From assembly GCA_020052515.1 (NCBI GenBank), contig JAGVOW010000061.1, positions 8,685 through 72,684 on the forward strand: 64,000 nt of DNA. The letters run 5' to 3'. This document shows, piece after piece, positions 1 through 9,633 of this stretch; within the stretch, counting starts at the first letter, position 1; each line of letters begins with the position of its first letter. Source of the stretch: Brevinematales bacterium (GTDB lineage Bacteria; Spirochaetota; Brevinematia; Brevinematales; JAOACQ01). Made by a program: the position numbers and the translations under genes. The notes below the pieces were generated by a model. It made no database searches. It saw only the letters and a program-made list of their open reading frames with translations, and was not told the DNA's origin.

Positions 1-1642
1 CAGTTTGCCGAAAAACTATAAAGTGGGCTATCTGGAACAGCATCTAAAATTCACACAGGATACCGTTTTGAAAGAAGCTTGCCTGGGCTTAAGGCCTGAG
101 CATAAAGAAGATTTCTGGAGAGCCGAAAAAATGTTGTCCGGCCTGGGTTTTGCAGGGGCTGACATGAACCGTCATCCGGGAGAATTTTCAGGCGGCTTCC
201 AGGTACGAATCCAGCTGGCAAAAGTCATTGCCGGCGAACCGAATTTGCTCCTATTAGACGAACCGACAAATTATCTGGACATTGTTTCTATCCGCTGGCT
301 GGAGCGCTTTTTGATCGACTGGAAGCATGAATTAATCCTGATTACACACGACCGGAGCTTTATGGACAAAGTCTGCAGTCACACGATGGTGATTCACCGC
401 CGTAAAGTACGAAAAATCGAGGGCAGCACAGAAAAGCTTTACGACCAGATCATAAAAGAAGAAGAGATGTATGAAAAAACACGCCAGAACGATGAGAAGC
501 GCCAGAAAGAGATAGAAACCTTTATTTCCCGCTTCCGGGCGAAAGCCAGGCTGGGAGGCCTGGTCCAATCCAGGGTGAAAATGCTGGAAAAGAAAGAAAA
601 AATGGATAAATTGGAAAAAATTAAATCCCTGGAATTTTCTTTCCGCGCCGCTCCCGAATCCGCAAAATGGACTGTGGAAGCGCAGAATTTATCCTTTTCT
701 TATTCAGGAAAAAAGCCGTTTCTAATAGAAAAGCTTAATATTCTGGTCGATAGCCAGGACAGAATCGGCATCATTGGAAAGAATGGAAAAGGTAAATCCA
801 CCCTGATCAAACTCTTTGCCGGAATTTTGCAGCCTTCCGGCGGCGAAACAAAGACTCACCCGAATGTGAAAATCGGCTACTTCGGCCAGACGAATATCGA
901 TCAACTTCATCCGTTGAATACAGTGGAAGAAGAAATTGTTTCCGCCCACCCGGAACGCAATTATCAAGAAGCAAGGAACATTGCCGGATCTATGCTCTTT
1001 GAGGGAGACGCGGCGCTCAAGAAAGTGAGCGTTCTTTCCGGAGGAGAAAAAAGCAGGGTTTTGCTGGGTAAACTTTTAGTTTCTCCTTCTCATCTTTTAC
1101 TTTTAGATGAACCGACCAATCACCTTGATATGCAGTCCTGCGATTCTCTCATAGCCGCCATTGATTCATTTGAAGGAGCGGTCATGATTGTGACGCATAA
1201 TGAAATGTACTTGAGCGCGCTTGTGAACCGATTGATTGTTTTTGATAACGGCAGGGTTTTCGTTTATGAGGGCGGCTATTCGGACTTTCTGAAAGATGTC
1301 GGCTGGCAGGAAGAGGCGGATCTAAAAAACAAAGACCTTTCAGAAAACAGCTGGAAGGCTCAAAAAAAAGCGCGCGCGGAGCTTGTTCAGGAAAAATCCC
1401 GCGTTTTAAAACCTTTAGAAAATCAGATAAAAGAAATCGAGAAAGAAATCACGCGCATGGAAACCGGGCTTCATCAGGATCATCAAGAATTAATAAACGC
1501 TTCCACCAAAAGCGATGGGCCAGAAATCGCGCGCCTCGCCAAAAAAAGCTATCAGGATCAGGCGAAAATTAATACTTTGTATGAGGAACTAACGAGTATT
1601 ACTGAGCAATATGAGAAAGAGGCGGAGAGGTTTATCGGATAA
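1..1642 (+). CDS. ABC-F family ATP-binding protein (5' truncated by window edge)
   Basis: Two ABC cassettes: FSGGFQVR/LLLDEPTNYLD, then GKNGKGKST/LSGGEKSR/LLLDEPTNHLD, with linker and C-terminal coiled coil. No TM segments. First Walker A lies outside the window. Confidence 0.93.
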   Translation, partial: SLPKNYKVGYLEQHLKFTQDTVLKEACLGLRPEHKEDFWRAEKMLSGLGFAGADMNRHPGEFSGGFQVRIQLAKVIAGEPNLLLLDEPTNYLDIVSIRWLERFLIDWKHELILITHDRSFMDKVCSHTMVIHRRKVRKIEGSTEKLYDQIIKEEEMYEKTRQNDEKRQKEIETFISRFRAKARLGGLVQSRVKMLEKKEKMDKLEKIKSLEFSFRAAPESAKWTVEAQNLSFSYSGKKPFLIEKLNILVDSQDRIGIIGKNGKGKSTLIKLFAGILQPSGGETKTHPNVKIGYFGQTNIDQLHPLNTVEEEIVSAHPERNYQEARNIAGSMLFEGDAALKKVSVLSGGEKSRVLLGKLLVSPSHLLLLDEPTNHLDMQSCDSLIAAIDSFEGAVMIVTHNEMYLSALVNRLIVFDNGRVFVYEGGYSDFLKDVGWQEEADLKNKDLSENSWKAQKKARAELVQEKSRVLKPLENQIKEIEKEITRMETGLHQDHQELINASTKSDGPEIARLAKKSYQDQAKINTLYEELTSITEQYEKEAERFIG

Positions 1643-1649
1643 ACAAAAC

Positions 1650-1677
1650 ATAGGCGCGGTTAATTAACCGCGCCTAT
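1650..1677. repeat. Perfect palindrome ATAGGCGCGGTTAATTAACCGCGCCTAT (REP-like family D)
   Basis: 28-bp perfect inverted repeat between convergent genes. Identical core at 38677-38710 and a half copy at 53853-53865. Confidence 0.9.
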
Positions 1678-2411
1678 AGGCTTTTCTCCACCAGATACTT
1701 CCAGTAACGTTTCGGCATAAAGCGCTTCTGCAGTGCTGGATTCTTCCGTTCCGCTATAGCGATAGTCTCAAAATAAGTCTTCCAGAGCTCCTGATAACCA
1801 TTCTCTTCTTCGGACAATAAAATGTTTTTGCCTTCTATTTCCAGCGCTTTCCATTTCCCGTTCTGATAAAAAGCGCCGATTCCCCTCTTCAGATCATGGA
1901 TCATCCATTTCTGACTCGCGAGCCGGCGCGTGAAATGAGGGGCAATCAATTGCAAAACATTGTGGTCGGGTTCAATGGGTGCATATAGAAAGCCGTCTTT
2001 CAATTCTTTAAACCGGATGAGTCCTTTTAAGCGGTGGGTTTCTAGAATGACCTTTTGGCACATTCGATGCGCCTTGAGAATGGATTCATTGGACAAATTA
2101 TTAAAGATTTGAGCGCCGTATTGAAAAATGAGATTCAGATAATCAAAAACAACCAGCTCAAAGTCCTCCATTTCTGATAAAAAGAGAAGAAGCGCGTTCT
2201 GCAAGACTTTATAGGGGAATTTTTGCTTTATTTTTTCTAAAAATAAAGCCGCCTGACGGGAATCTGTCTTTATTCTTACTTTCTCCAGAAACAACCCTTC
2301 TTCCTCTTTTGAATTATTGCTTATCCGATCTGGTTTTTGCCTTCTCTCCATCGCTGCCGCAATAGCATTGAGAAGGCCTTCAAACGAACCGTCATAAAGA
2401 TAAATCAGCAT
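1674..2411 (-). CDS. TIGR03915/DUF4130 family putative DNA repair protein
   Basis: YDGSFEGLL N-terminus, HRLKGLIRF, IEPDHNVL, WMIHDLKR, RKNPALQKRFMPKRYWKYLVE C-terminus. Confidence 0.9.
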   Translation of the reverse strand: MLIYLYDGSFEGLLNAIAAAMERRQKPDRISNNSKEEEGLFLEKVRIKTDSRQAALFLEKIKQKFPYKVLQNALLLFLSEMEDFELVVFDYLNLIFQYGAQIFNNLSNESILKAHRMCQKVILETHRLKGLIRFKELKDGFLYAPIEPDHNVLQLIAPHFTRRLASQKWMIHDLKRGIGAFYQNGKWKALEIEGKNILLSEEENGYQELWKTYFETIAIAERKNPALQKRFMPKRYWKYLVEKSL

Positions 2412-2427
2412 ATTGTCTCTTTACCTA

Positions 2428-2496
2428 CCTCCCCCTTTTCAAAGGGGGTCGGGGGGATTTTCTTCAAGTTGTCATTTCGACCGAAGGGAGAAATCT
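2428..2496. repeat. Family C hairpin CCCCCTTTTCAAAGGGGG..GGGGATTT followed by a TGTCATTTCGACCGAAGGGAGAAATCT element
   Basis: Same CCCCCTTTTCAAAGGGGG core and GGGGATTT tail at 16787-16820; related hairpin at 32026-32063. Confidence 0.75.
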
Positions 2497-2498
2497 TC

Positions 2499-5366
2499 TT
2501 ACTCCCTTAAGAGGTCCCCTGCCTTTTTGGCCCAATCGCTCGCGGGGTATTTTTCAGTCAAACGCTGGATGTATTTTTTCGCGGAATCATTATTGCCTAA
2601 TTGAATATTGCAGGCCGCAATACCGTAAAGACTCTGCGGATAAAGCTCGGAACGTTTGTAGATTGAGAAAATATTGCCGTACTGACGGATGGCTTCGACA
2701 TAATTGCCGTTTTCGCGGTTGTTTTCTGCCAATTCATAGAGAGAAAACGCCGCTTCTTCGCCCTTAGAAGTATCTATTATCTCAGAGAAAAGTTTCAGGG
2801 CATCTTCTATTTTCTGCTTGCGCTGATAAGCCTTCGCGAGCTTATACTTCGAGGCGATTTTTGCTTCCGGCGTTTTACTCTCACGAATGAGAATCTGGTA
2901 CAATTTTTCCTCATCGCCTCCGCTTTTTTCCTTGAGCTCAATATCAGACAACTGCACCTTCGCTTTTTCCGCCTCAGGGGATTTTGGATAAGAAGAAACC
3001 AATTGCCGGTAATACTTTTTGGCCAATGTCAGATTATTGAGGTCATAATAAATCGAGCCCAGCCGGAAAAGCGAATCTAAGGAATAATCCCCTTTTGGGT
3101 AATTTTTCACCAATCTTTCAAAAGCGTCCGCGGCGGCAATTTTATCATTCAAGTTCAGGTAAGACCAGCCCATCCAGTAAAGCGCGGAGGCACCAAAATC
3201 CCCGGGCTTGGGCAAAGCCAGAATCTGATTGTAGTTTTCAATCGCTTTTTTATAATCCGATGCGTTGTAATAAGATTCGGCCAGCTTGAAAAAAGCCTCT
3301 GCCGTATAAAGGCTCTCCGGATAATTTTTCAATAGCTTTTGATAAGCGCCCTCTGCATTTTGGGCATCACCGATCTTCGACCAGCACCAGGCCATGTCGG
3401 AAAGCGCCGCCGGGATTTCCGTTTTTATTCCAAAAGAAACGGCCCGGTCAATAAAACTCTGGTAGAAATCAATCGCGTTTGTGTAATCCTGAAGATTATA
3501 ATAGGACTTCGCGACATAGAGCATTCCTTCTAAAATCTTGGTTTTATCTGTAGAATAAGCGATAGAGTCCTGAAAATTATGGATTGCTTCCTGATAAAGC
3601 GACAAACGGTACTTTGCCCACCCCATCAAGTTTAAAGCCTCGGCTTTCTGAGCAGAATTTAAATTTTTCATATCCCATCCGGTAATATAATCCGAAAGCT
3701 CGCTAAACTTCTCTTCCTTATAATAAATCCAGGCAATCTTTAACCCAGCGTCTCCTGAGTAAGAAGATTCCGGATAACTTTTCACCACCTTTTTAAAACA
3801 ATCCACTGCCTTAGGATAATCCTTTAGATTGTATCTAATAATACCGCTGCTGTAATAGGCCAGAGGAACCAGAGGGCTTTGAGGAAAAGTATCCATAAGC
3901 TTTTTGTATTGTTCTATCGCTCGCTTAGATTCTCCTTTTTTTGCGTAAACCCAGGCAATGGAAGAAAGCGCTTCCGGGGAAAACTTTCCCCCTTTTTTGA
4001 AAACCCCCTGATAAGCGGAAAGCGCGGAGTCAAATTCATTCAACCCAGTGTAAGCATTTCCAACAAACATTTGAATTTCCTCATTCTTTTCGGAAAGAGG
4101 GGAAGCTTTCATGAAATCTTCGAAGTAATGAATTGCTTCGCTGTATTTTCCCAATTCTAAATAGCACCTCGCTTTCCAATAGAGAGCGTCTTTTCCGTAT
4201 TCGGTATCCGGGTATTTCGTTAAAGTTTCTTCAAAATTCGTCAGGGCGGTGGTAAAGTCTTTTTTCAGAAAACGAAGCTCACCCGATTTTAACAGAGACA
4301 GCGCCGCGTTTTCCCCGCCTGATTCCGAAAGCTCCTTGTAGACTATCAGCGCGCCTTCTGTGTCACCTTTTAATACAAAACAGGACGCGAGCTCTAAAAA
4401 AGCCTTTCTGCTATATTCCGAGTTTTTATAGAAAGACAATAATGCCTGAAAATCTTTGATAGCGCCATCCAGATCCCCGGAAAGTTTTTCCATCAGCCCC
4501 AGTTTATACAAAGATTCTTCCCGGTAATCATTGGCCGCTCCTTGAAAAAACTCAATTTTTGATAATTCTCTTAGATAAAAAACCGCTTTTTCCGGCTTTT
4601 CCAATTTTATCCATGCCATCCCGCTGTAATAAAGCGCTTCCAGCCGGTAATTAAAATTAGTTTGAGAAGAAAGCGCTTCCAGATAGGGTAAAGCCTTCTC
4701 ATTTTCGTCTAAAAAATAATAAGTTTTCCCAATAAAAAAAGAGGCTTCATTCCGGTATCTGGAAGAAGAATATTTTTGAAAAGCCTCCAGGGCCTTTTTG
4801 TAGTCTTTATCGTAAAAATAAGCCTGCCCCAGACGAAAAAACCCTTCCTCAGTGTAGGCTGAATTCGTGTATTTCCGAACTAAAATTAAGAACTCGTCGG
4901 CGGCATTGTCAAATTTACCTGCTGACAACAATGAAAGGGCAGTAATGTACTGCGCATCCGAAAGGAGCCTGCTTTCCGGGTAATTTTTAATAAACATCCT
5001 CTGCTGTTGAACGGCCTTCTCATAATTTTTCATCTTGAAATAAGCGTTTCCAATGTAAAAAAAAGCCCTTTCTTTATAAAGCGAATCCGGGTAATTATTC
5101 ATAAAACGAATAAATGACTGCACGGCAAAATCGTACTCCGCATTCTGGTAATAAGACAGGCCAATAGAATAGGAAGCCTCATCGGCAAGTTCGCCGGACG
5201 GGTCACTGGAAACCGCTTTCTCAAAAAAATTGACCGCCATGGAATAAGCGCCGTCATGAAAAGAAGATTTACCGGAATTAAAATAACGCTGGGCGTCTTT
5301 TTTATCCGCGTACAAAAAAGAAGAAGAAAGTATAAAAAGTATAAAAATAATGTAACGCAAAAACAT
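2499..5366 (-). CDS. Large exported tetratricopeptide-repeat protein (BamD/CpoB-like repeats)
   Basis: Signal peptide MFLRYIIFILF..LYA after a GGAGG SD. Many TPRs with 'YP.S..A..A' motifs. The ORF-track extension to 5483 reads through a repeat. Confidence 0.85.
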   Translation of the reverse strand: MFLRYIIFILFILSSSFLYADKKDAQRYFNSGKSSFHDGAYSMAVNFFEKAVSSDPSGELADEASYSIGLSYYQNAEYDFAVQSFIRFMNNYPDSLYKERAFFYIGNAYFKMKNYEKAVQQQRMFIKNYPESRLLSDAQYITALSLLSAGKFDNAADEFLILVRKYTNSAYTEEGFFRLGQAYFYDKDYKKALEAFQKYSSSRYRNEASFFIGKTYYFLDENEKALPYLEALSSQTNFNYRLEALYYSGMAWIKLEKPEKAVFYLRELSKIEFFQGAANDYREESLYKLGLMEKLSGDLDGAIKDFQALLSFYKNSEYSRKAFLELASCFVLKGDTEGALIVYKELSESGGENAALSLLKSGELRFLKKDFTTALTNFEETLTKYPDTEYGKDALYWKARCYLELGKYSEAIHYFEDFMKASPLSEKNEEIQMFVGNAYTGLNEFDSALSAYQGVFKKGGKFSPEALSSIAWVYAKKGESKRAIEQYKKLMDTFPQSPLVPLAYYSSGIIRYNLKDYPKAVDCFKKVVKSYPESSYSGDAGLKIAWIYYKEEKFSELSDYITGWDMKNLNSAQKAEALNLMGWAKYRLSLYQEAIHNFQDSIAYSTDKTKILEGMLYVAKSYYNLQDYTNAIDFYQSFIDRAVSFGIKTEIPAALSDMAWCWSKIGDAQNAEGAYQKLLKNYPESLYTAEAFFKLAESYYNASDYKKAIENYNQILALPKPGDFGASALYWMGWSYLNLNDKIAAADAFERLVKNYPKGDYSLDSLFRLGSIYYDLNNLTLAKKYYRQLVSSYPKSPEAEKAKVQLSDIELKEKSGGDEEKLYQILIRESKTPEAKIASKYKLAKAYQRKQKIEDALKLFSEIIDTSKGEEAAFSLYELAENNRENGNYVEAIRQYGNIFSIYKRSELYPQSLYGIAACNIQLGNNDSAKKYIQRLTEKYPASDWAKKAGDLLRE

Positions 5367-5429
5367 TTTTCCCTCCGGCTTATATTTTACACACTTTATG
5401 AGAATAAGTAAAAAAAACAGGAAATAAAT

Positions 5430-5507
5430 CTCCCCTCTTGGGAGGGGTTGGGGGTGGGTTCTTTTATATTCGGAACAACCCACCCCTGGCCCCTCCGTGG
5501 GAGGGGA
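5430..5507. repeat. Family A REPIN-like element (TCCCCTCTTGGGAGGGG..GGGGTGGGT / ACCCACCCC..CCCCTCC..GGAGGGGA)
   Basis: Two inverted palindromic arms around a short spacer. Other copies at 6667-6753, 42523-42616 and a partial at 61509-61544. Confidence 0.9.
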
Positions 5508-5541
5508 AATGGTTTTGATTCGGCTAAATTTACATATAAAT

Positions 5542-5570
5542 TTGCAGAAATTTCAAGTTTTGTGTAAAAT
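5542..5570 (+). promoter_or_regulatory. Putative sigma70 promoter of GH5 gene
   Basis: TTGCAG-N17-TAAAAT upstream of a GGAG SD. Confidence 0.5.
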
Positions 5571-5608
5571 ACTATTAATACTAAAATAAAAGATTTTGGA
5601 GAAAAAGC

Positions 5609-6640
5609 ATGAAAAACAAGGCCTGGAATATTTATTTATTAATTCTCTTCGGTATAGCGGGTTTTATCCTTAATTCCTGCACCATTACTCCTCCACCTTA
5701 TGAGCCTATGCCGCTTCTTCGGGTGGATTCCAACCGAATAGTGGATTCCAAAAACAATGTGATCTTCCTCAAAGGACTGGCCCTGGCTGATCCAGGTGAT
5801 TCAACTATGGCTTCCAACTGGAATATAGATTATTTTCGAAAAGCGAGAGAATGGGGAGCGCAGGTTGTCCGCATTCCTGTTCACCCAACGAACTGGCGCA
5901 CGGTGCCTAATTATTTGACTTTGCTGGATCTGGGAGTAATCTGGGCAAGGGCTTATAGAATGTATGTGATCATTGACTGGCACTCGATCGGCAATCTGCA
6001 AACCCTTAGTTTTCAGGACCCTATGTACGCTACTACCACCAATGAAACGCTTTCTTTCTGGAGACAGATCGCCAGCCGCTATAAAGACGAACCGGCTGTC
6101 GCATTCTATGAAGTGTTTAATGAACCGGATGGAACATTAAGCTGGGGAAGCTGGAAGAATTTTGCTCAGCAGATTGTAAATGAAATATTCCAATATAACC
6201 CAAAGGCTATTCCTCTCGTCAGCGGTGTTAATTACGCTTATAATCTGAGCAGTGTTGGAGGCAGTCCTATTACAAACACCGGAGTGGCTTATTCTGTGCA
6301 CCCCTACCCTGAAAAAACGAATGTGGCTTACCCTGTTTTGGAAGATTCCTGGAACGTGAATTTCGGCTATTTGACAAATCTCTATCCAATTATAGCAACC
6401 GAGTTTGGGTACAAATCATCAACAAATTTTACTTATTATCCTTACCGGGGAACGACCAATTATGGAAACCGGATTGTCAATTATCTCGCGGCAAGGAATA
6501 TGTCATGGACTGTCTGGTGCTTTCATCCCGTCTGGAACCCGACGCTGATTTCGAATTGGAATTTTGATCCTTCTTCTACTGCGGGAGTGTTTTTTAAGTC
6601 GGTTTTAAAGGGATATCCCTATACCGGCCCCGCGGAATAA
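5609..6640 (+). CDS. Glycoside hydrolase family 5 (cellulase-like) lipoprotein
   Basis: Lipobox ILNS-C; VRIPVHP, IIDWH, acid/base FNEP, HPY, nucleophile ATEFG, WTVW. Confidence 0.9.
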   Translation: MKNKAWNIYLLILFGIAGFILNSCTITPPPYEPMPLLRVDSNRIVDSKNNVIFLKGLALADPGDSTMASNWNIDYFRKAREWGAQVVRIPVHPTNWRTVPNYLTLLDLGVIWARAYRMYVIIDWHSIGNLQTLSFQDPMYATTTNETLSFWRQIASRYKDEPAVAFYEVFNEPDGTLSWGSWKNFAQQIVNEIFQYNPKAIPLVSGVNYAYNLSSVGGSPITNTGVAYSVHPYPEKTNVAYPVLEDSWNVNFGYLTNLYPIIATEFGYKSSTNFTYYPYRGTTNYGNRIVNYLAARNMSWTVWCFHPVWNPTLISNWNFDPSSTAGVFFKSVLKGYPYTGPAE

Positions 6641-6666
6641 ACTTAGAAAATGTTGATCAAACCGTT

Positions 6667-6753
6667 TCCCCTCCTGCGGAGGGGTTAGGGGTGGGTCTCG
6701 GACAACTCAAAAGTATCGAGGAAACCCACCCCCAGCCCCTCCCAAGAGGGGAG
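6667..6753. repeat. Family A REPIN-like element (inverted relative to 5430 copy)
   Basis: Right arm is the reverse complement of the left arm of the 5430 copy, with one mismatch in 33 nt. Confidence 0.9.
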
Positions 6754-6794
6754 ATAGCTCGACTTAAATTGATAAAGTGTTTTCGTACAAGCAT

Positions 6795-7922
6795 TTATTT
6801 ATTAACTTTCAATACAACGCCTTTGATTTTAAGGCTTTTCAGCTTGTCCAGGGCGGTTTTCGCTTCTGAAAGGTTTGAGTAATATCCCGTTCTTACCCTA
6901 ATCCATTTTCTCCCTTTTACATGCGCCTCAGAAGTAAAAACCGGAAAACCCTTGCTTTTTAAAAGTTCATAAAGCCCCAGGGCATGGATTTCCTGATGAA
7001 AAGCCCCTGTCTGGATCACATATTCTCCGGTGCCTAAACCTTTCCCTTTTTCCTGAACTGCCTCATTTTTTGTGTTCTTTTCTTCTTCTTTAACTACATT
7101 CTCATTCGAAAGCAAAACTTCCGGAGTTACTTCCAATTCCTTATATTCATCGTTTCCAGCAGAAGGAACCAGATTTGAGGCATCAGGGGTTTTCTCAACG
7201 GGTTCGGACAAAATAAATTCCTCATCGCTTTTGATATCCAGATTGATTTTATTGCTATCGGAAGCGTCCCGTTCTACTATTTTCTCTTCATAGGGAGGAA
7301 CATCGATTACATTGGTTACTGGAACATCTACATAATTGGTCACTCGCACTTGATTACTAACTGTTACCTCTTGTTTATCATTTGTTTTTTGAGAAGAAGA
7401 CCCGGCTGCCACAGAAGGGGCTGGCGCAGGAACAACAGCAACAGGCCCCCCTTCAGGAAGGGTCTGTGCCTCTGCCGGTAAAGAAGGGTTTGAAGAAGCG
7501 GCTTCACTATTTGAAACAGGCGCAGCCTCTCCCTGCGAAGTTTCCGGCTTATTATCCCCAACCTTAATCAGAGTCACTCTCGCGTAAACTGTGCCTTTCT
7601 TTAAAAAGCCCAAATCCTCTGCCGCTTTTCTGGAAACATCCAGAATCCGGTTTTCCACAAAAGGGCCGCGGTCATTAATTTTCACTCTTGTTTTTTTACC
7701 ATTTTCCATATTTTCTATTTCCAATTCAGTTCCAAATGGAAGGTTTTTATGCGCCGCGGTGAGTTTCTGCGGATCATAAACAGCTCCCCCCGCTGTCTTT
7801 TTAGCGGCAAAATCATCGCCATACCATGAAATAATACCGTATAAATATTTTGGAAATTGAGCGAAGGTAGAACAATAGAAAAACAAGACAAATACAAAGG
7901 CAAAAGGCAGTCCTTTTCTCAT
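6795..7922 (-). CDS. rlpA: RlpA family septal-ring lytic transglycosylase with SPOR domain
   Basis: SWYG, TAAHKNLPFG, INDRGPF, RILDVS (DPBB domain). C-terminal IQTGAF..RVRTG SPOR domain. Confidence 0.9.
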   Translation of the reverse strand: MRKGLPFAFVFVLFFYCSTFAQFPKYLYGIISWYGDDFAAKKTAGGAVYDPQKLTAAHKNLPFGTELEIENMENGKKTRVKINDRGPFVENRILDVSRKAAEDLGFLKKGTVYARVTLIKVGDNKPETSQGEAAPVSNSEAASSNPSLPAEAQTLPEGGPVAVVPAPAPSVAAGSSSQKTNDKQEVTVSNQVRVTNYVDVPVTNVIDVPPYEEKIVERDASDSNKINLDIKSDEEFILSEPVEKTPDASNLVPSAGNDEYKELEVTPEVLLSNENVVKEEEKNTKNEAVQEKGKGLGTGEYVIQTGAFHQEIHALGLYELLKSKGFPVFTSEAHVKGRKWIRVRTGYYSNLSEAKTALDKLKSLKIKGVVLKVNK

Positions 7923-8029
7923 GATTTTCCTCCCATACTATCTTATTCTATCGGCATTTTTCAGAAAACCATAATTGACTTTTGCAAAAGAGAAGGGGCA
8001 TGGGTGAGTTTTCTATTTTGGCCGTTAAA

Positions 8030-8058
8030 TTGAAAAAAAAACGAATCTGTGTTATATT
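8030..8058 (+). promoter_or_regulatory. Putative sigma70 promoter of the tamB-bamA-skp operon
   Basis: TTGAAA-N17-TATATT with TGn extended -10. Confidence 0.5.
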
Positions 8059-8103
8059 TTTCTTTGAAGGTATAAACCCCCTTAGGGGGTCATAGGAGAT
8101 GGT

Positions 8104-9627
8104 ATGAGCAGAATAATTGTATTTGTGTTGTTAAGCTTTATTGCTATTTTTAGCTCTCCAGCGGCAGCAACAGAGCCGCCTCAATTAATAAGGGCCTCAA
8201 GCGAAAAGATGCCTGATTGGGTAATGAAAAACAGGAAGGCCTTCGATTACGTCTACTTTACCGGTATGAGCGCAAAGACAACCGAACTCAAAGACTCGAA
8301 GAAACAGGCCGTAGACGATGCTTTATCCCAGCTCGTTCAATATATAGGATTCAGGGCCACATCGAAATTTCAGTCTAAAAAAGAAATGAGCGACTCGGAC
8401 AATATTTCCAGCTTTAAAAACGAAGTAGTACAAACCATAGAAGGGAAAGGAAGCGCGAACGTCAACATTGACATAGAGGACACCTATTATGAAAATTATT
8501 CAGACAATACCTATTCGATGTATGTCTTGATTAAATTTCCCACAGCCTGGGTAGAAAAAGAAAGAAAAAGGCTTCAAACGATGGTTGCTGAACAGCGGAA
8601 GAAGGCTTCTGGCTATCTGAAGGAAGCGAATGAGGACATCCAATCGGGAAAAATTTCTAAAGCATTGGACCTGGCTCTGGGCGCTTACAGCATCAGCGAA
8701 AAAGCGTCTGAAAATTCGGACTTAAACGATGAATCAAAAAGCCTGATTGAAATGATTTTTGGAAGCCTTTCTTTATCTCTGGAAAACAAGCCGTCCTTTG
8801 CTTACACAGAAGGAGGAAGCGAACCAATCAAAATAAAAGTTTTTTCTTCAAAGACAGGCTTGCCAGCCGGAAATTTTGCACTTTCTTCCTGGGAAAATAA
8901 TTCCAACGCTCTGGTAGAGGCGAAAAAAGGGAACAACTCTGATTCTAATGGAATAATCGAATACGAAGTCCGGAAAATATTCTCCTCCTCTACAAACGAG
9001 GTTTTTGTCGGCGTTTCTTTTTCGCTAGCCAGGCTCGAATCCATTAAAAAGAGTGACGAGGAATTTTATAGCCGGATACTAAAAATACAGAGTGCTTCTG
9101 CGCTTCAGATAGAATTATCCATTACTAAAAAAGACAAAACACTGCCGACAGGCATCTTTGTATTAGCGATTAAACGCGGCGGTGTCAGGGCCATAAAAGG
9201 CCAGAACCCTAAATTTCAGGAGTCTATTTCCGGTAAAATGGCTAACCTTGGTTTTAATATTATTTCCACGGAAATAACTCCTTCTTATTTAGAGAAAACC
9301 CGGGAAGACGGCCTGAAGGAAACAATTCTTTCCTCCTTCAAAAAGAAATACCCGTCGGTAAAAAGACTGCTTCTGGCGATACAGGAAATCAACCTGATTG
9401 GAAAGATTGGAAAAGATATTAAATTCAAAAATTACGACATCAATGACAGCGGTATTATTGTTGTCGAAATGAAACTTTCTCTTTCCCTCATAGAGGTTTC
9501 TTCCAGTAAAGTAGAAAAAGGCTTAAACCTCTCAGAAAAAGGCCAGGGGCTAAACCCCGAACAGGCCACAGGCATAGCCGAAAAAAGGATTTTAGAAAAA
9601 TTAGAGACTCAACTGGATGTGTTTTAA
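8104..9627 (+). CDS. Exported protein with LPP20-like N-terminal domain
   Basis: Signal peptide and AGGAG SD. P.WV...YFTG.S..A..DAL..L pattern resembles LPP20-type domains. Confidence 0.6.
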   Translation: MSRIIVFVLLSFIAIFSSPAAATEPPQLIRASSEKMPDWVMKNRKAFDYVYFTGMSAKTTELKDSKKQAVDDALSQLVQYIGFRATSKFQSKKEMSDSDNISSFKNEVVQTIEGKGSANVNIDIEDTYYENYSDNTYSMYVLIKFPTAWVEKERKRLQTMVAEQRKKASGYLKEANEDIQSGKISKALDLALGAYSISEKASENSDLNDESKSLIEMIFGSLSLSLENKPSFAYTEGGSEPIKIKVFSSKTGLPAGNFALSSWENNSNALVEAKKGNNSDSNGIIEYEVRKIFSSSTNEVFVGVSFSLARLESIKKSDEEFYSRILKIQSASALQIELSITKKDKTLPTGIFVLAIKRGGVRAIKGQNPKFQESISGKMANLGFNIISTEITPSYLEKTREDGLKETILSSFKKKYPSVKRLLLAIQEINLIGKIGKDIKFKNYDINDSGIIVVEMKLSLSLIEVSSSKVEKGLNLSEKGQGLNPEQATGIAEKRILEKLETQLDVF

Positions 9628-9633
9628 TTTACC

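Noticed and set aside
5367-5483. N-terminal extensions of the TPR, radical SAM, gcvPA, DUF4159 and PorV-like ORFs
   Set aside because: They translate palindromic repeats; downstream ATGs match SDs and family N-termini.
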